Shown piece by piece: positions 62,288 to 64,000 of a DNA stretch of 64,000 nt. Source of the DNA: Dehalococcoidia bacterium (GTDB lineage: Bacteria > Chloroflexota > Dehalococcoidia > Lucifugimonadales > UBA3495). Each line of letters opens with the position of its first letter. Position 1 is the stretch's first letter. A program made the position numbers and the translations under genes. The DNA lies in the NCBI GenBank assembly GCA_963665735.1, contig OY762444.1, positions 3,334,673 through 3,398,672 on the forward strand, written 5' to 3'. The notes under the pieces were generated by a model that had not been told where the DNA came from, made no database searches, and saw only the letters and a list, made by a program, of their open reading frames with translations.

Positions 62288-62332
62288 GCGGAGCGCGTAT
62301 CTTGCCGGCGATAAGAGAGTTGGAGCTACACC

Positions 62333-62638
62333 GTGGAACGCTGCATGAATCCAGAATTAACCCGCTTCAAGGCTTTGCAGATGTACCTGGACCTGGTGCG
62401 GGAAATCCCGGAGGTAGTTGAGGTGCGTCTGGCGGAGCACGATGAACTGCATACGATAATCTCCGCTCCCCCTGATGATGACGCTCCTTGCTATAGTGTA
62501 ATTGACGCCCAGGTAAAGGTTATGCGGGGAGTCAAAGACCAGCCCTTCCTTTTCCTGCTGTTGAATTACGAGGAACTGACCCTGGAAAATCCGGCCAATC
62601 ATATCAGCAGCCTGGGCGAACTGGTTTGGAAGCGGTAA
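62333..62638 (+). CDS. Hypothetical protein (lower-GC orphan)
   Basis: 101 aa with no motif I recognise. The start may be the internal ATG (MNPELTRF). Confidence 0.45.
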   Translation: MERCMNPELTRFKALQMYLDLVREIPEVVEVRLAEHDELHTIISAPPDDDAPCYSVIDAQVKVMRGVKDQPFLFLLLNYEELTLENPANHISSLGELVWKR

Positions 62639-62669
62639 CCCATGCCGCAGGGGTGGGGTTCGGGTGTAC

Positions 62670-62698
62670 CCCGTCATTCCCGCTTTCGCGGGAATCCA
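62670..62698. repeat. Solo family-A TIR
   Basis: Sequence is ccgtcattcccgctttcgcgggaatccac. Confidence 0.7.
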
Positions 62699-62786
62699 CA
62701 ACACCATCGCCAGACTGCCAGACCACCCGAAAGAGCATGACATCACAAAGGCAGGGTGTTTCAATTGTCTGTCCACCCGTGAGTAT

Positions 62787-62883
62787 GTAATTCTGAGCAA
62801 AGCGAAGAATCTAAAATTCCTGCCTTGGTAAACGTCACCTTACCCGTAGGATTTTAGACCCTTCGCTACGCTCAGGGTGACAT
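62787..62883. repeat. Family-B element
   Basis: Sequence is gtaattctgagcaaagcgaagaatctaaaattc...ggattttagacccttcgctacgctcagggtgacat. Confidence 0.8.
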
Positions 62884-62936
62884 TATGAAGTTCAGGGTTA
62901 CAATTGAAATACCCTGACCATCAAAGGAGAATTCAC

Positions 62937-64000
62937 TTGACAACCCAAACCTTGAACGAAGAAGAAAGAATGTTGCAAAACCTGGTCCGCGACTTCGCCG
63001 ACCGGGAGTTGAAACCCCGCGCCAGGGAAGTGGACGAAGCCGAAGAATTTTCCTGGGAAAACTGGCGCGGCATGGCCCAACTCGGTCTGACCGGCATCGG
63101 CATTGACCCCATGTACGAAGGCAGCGGCGGCGGCTATCGCCAGGTGGCTATCGCCGCCGAGGAAACCGCCCGCGGCGACTCCTCCGCCAGCGTCACCCTC
63201 ATCGCCCACCTGTCCCTCGGCACCTCCACCGTTGACCGGTTCGGCAGCGAAGAGCAGCGTCAGCGGTTCATACCTTCTCTGGCCTCGGGCCGCGGCGTCG
63301 CCGCCTGGGCCTTGACCGAGCCGGGCGGCGGTTCCGATGCTGCATCCCTCCAGACCACCGCCACCGAGCGCGACGGCACATTCTTCCTCAACGGCAGCAA
63401 AATGTTCATCACCAACGCCGACGTTGCCGAGTCAATGGTAGTTTTCGCCACCCAGGACCGTTCCCAGGGCTACCGCGGCATATCCGCCTTTGTCGTACCC
63501 CAGGGCGCCCCCGGCCTGATGGTCAACCCTCAGTACGGCAAGATGGGAATGCGCGCTTCCAGCACCAACGAAGTCATTTTCCAGGACACCCCCGTGCCCC
63601 GGGAAAACCTGCTGGGCGAGGAAGGCCGAGGTTTCCGCTACGCCATGGAAATCCTTGACTCCAGCCGCATCATCATCGCCGCCCAGTGCGTCGGCATCGG
63701 CCAGGCCGCCCTGGAAGAGGCCGTCCGCTACTCCCAGCAGCGCCAGTCCTTCGGACGGCCCATCGCCCAGCACCAGGCCGTCCAGTTCATGTTGGCGGAC
63801 ATGGCTACCGAAGTCCACGCCGCCCGCACCGTCACTATGGACGCCGCCACCCTGAAAGACCAGGGACTGCCCTACGTCAACGAGGCGTCAATGGCTAAAC
63901 TGTTGGCCTCCGAAATGTGTGTCCGCGTCACTTCCCAGGCCCTCCAGACCCACGGCGGCTACGGCTACTTCAAGGACTCCCCGGTGGAAAGGCTTTTCCG
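62937..64000 (+). CDS. Acyl-CoA dehydrogenase (runs off the right edge)
   Basis: Not in the ORF track, because it has no stop in the window. AGGAG is followed after 7 nt by TTG 62937. My translation reads TTQTLNEEERMLQNLVRDFADRELKPRAREVDEAEEF...ALTEPGGGSDAASLQTTA...GKMGMRASSTNEVIFQD...QRQSFGRPIAQHQAVQFMLADM...HGGYGYFKDSPVERLFR. Confidence 0.88.
   Translation, partial: MTTQTLNEEERMLQNLVRDFADRELKPRAREVDEAEEFSWENWRGMAQLGLTGIGIDPMYEGSGGGYRQVAIAAEETARGDSSASVTLIAHLSLGTSTVDRFGSEEQRQRFIPSLASGRGVAAWALTEPGGGSDAASLQTTATERDGTFFLNGSKMFITNADVAESMVVFATQDRSQGYRGISAFVVPQGAPGLMVNPQYGKMGMRASSTNEVIFQDTPVPRENLLGEEGRGFRYAMEILDSSRIIIAAQCVGIGQAALEEAVRYSQQRQSFGRPIAQHQAVQFMLADMATEVHAARTVTMDAATLKDQGLPYVNEASMAKLLASEMCVRVTSQALQTHGGYGYFKDSPVERLF

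Noticed and set aside
1-64000. tRNA, rRNA, tmRNA, RNase P or SRP RNA genes
   Set aside because: Scanning the intergenic spacers by eye for T-loop-like GGTTCGAATCC/GTTCAAATC motifs gave nothing outside coding regions. Scanning for long conserved RNA-like stretches also gave nothing. The spacers are accounted for by repeat elements and promoters. A covariance-model scan (tRNAscan-SE/Infernal) would be the decisive check.

Overview
This is a high-GC bacterial chromosomal segment. Hand counts of sample lines give about 65-68% GC in core genes and about 47-58% in several small islets. The gene content fits a Chloroflexota-type genome: a Chlor_Arch_YYY/DUF2298 membrane protein, Alternative Complex III and a collagen-like lipoprotein. 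I support about 70 protein genes. Housekeeping genes: ftsY, rnc, dcd, cca, ogg, dinG-exonuclease fusion, plsY, trpS, glmS, ilvD, aroK, aroB, lipB. Metabolic genes: 2-oxoacid dehydrogenase E1alpha/E1beta/E2, malic enzyme, methylmalonyl-CoA mutase large subunit, CoA-transferase, enoyl-CoA hydratase, acyl-CoA dehydrogenase, FAH-family protein, ROK kinase. One minus-strand respiratory block of about 13.5 kb (25504-39096) joins an Alternative Complex III cluster (actA, split actB, two NrfD-like subunits, actD, actE) to System I cytochrome c maturation genes (ccmH, ccmF, TlpA-like thioredoxin). I found no rRNA, tRNA or CRISPR array. Nearly every longer intergenic spacer is filled with short palindromic or TIR-bearing repeat families. 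The most interesting signals: (1) a DsbA/mycoredoxin-2-like gene with an in-frame TGA exactly at the catalytic Cys position, making it a candidate selenoprotein; (2) a lower-GC two-gene module of a HEPN (UPF0332-like) protein with a non-nucleotidyltransferase partner; (3) an islet with an overlapping small-protein/retropepsin-like protease pair facing a stand-alone HsdR_N-type PD-(D/E)xK nuclease plus a TfoX_N protein; (4) a family of small membrane-anchored proteins built from 11-residue (33-nt) tandem repeats, one inserted in the 2-oxoacid dehydrogenase operon and two in a tandem segmental duplication; (5) a triplicated 3' end of dinG; (6) two genes where a perfect Shine-Dalgarno site is followed at start-codon distance by ACG. 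Long antisense ORFs in the track are treated as GC-driven shadows.
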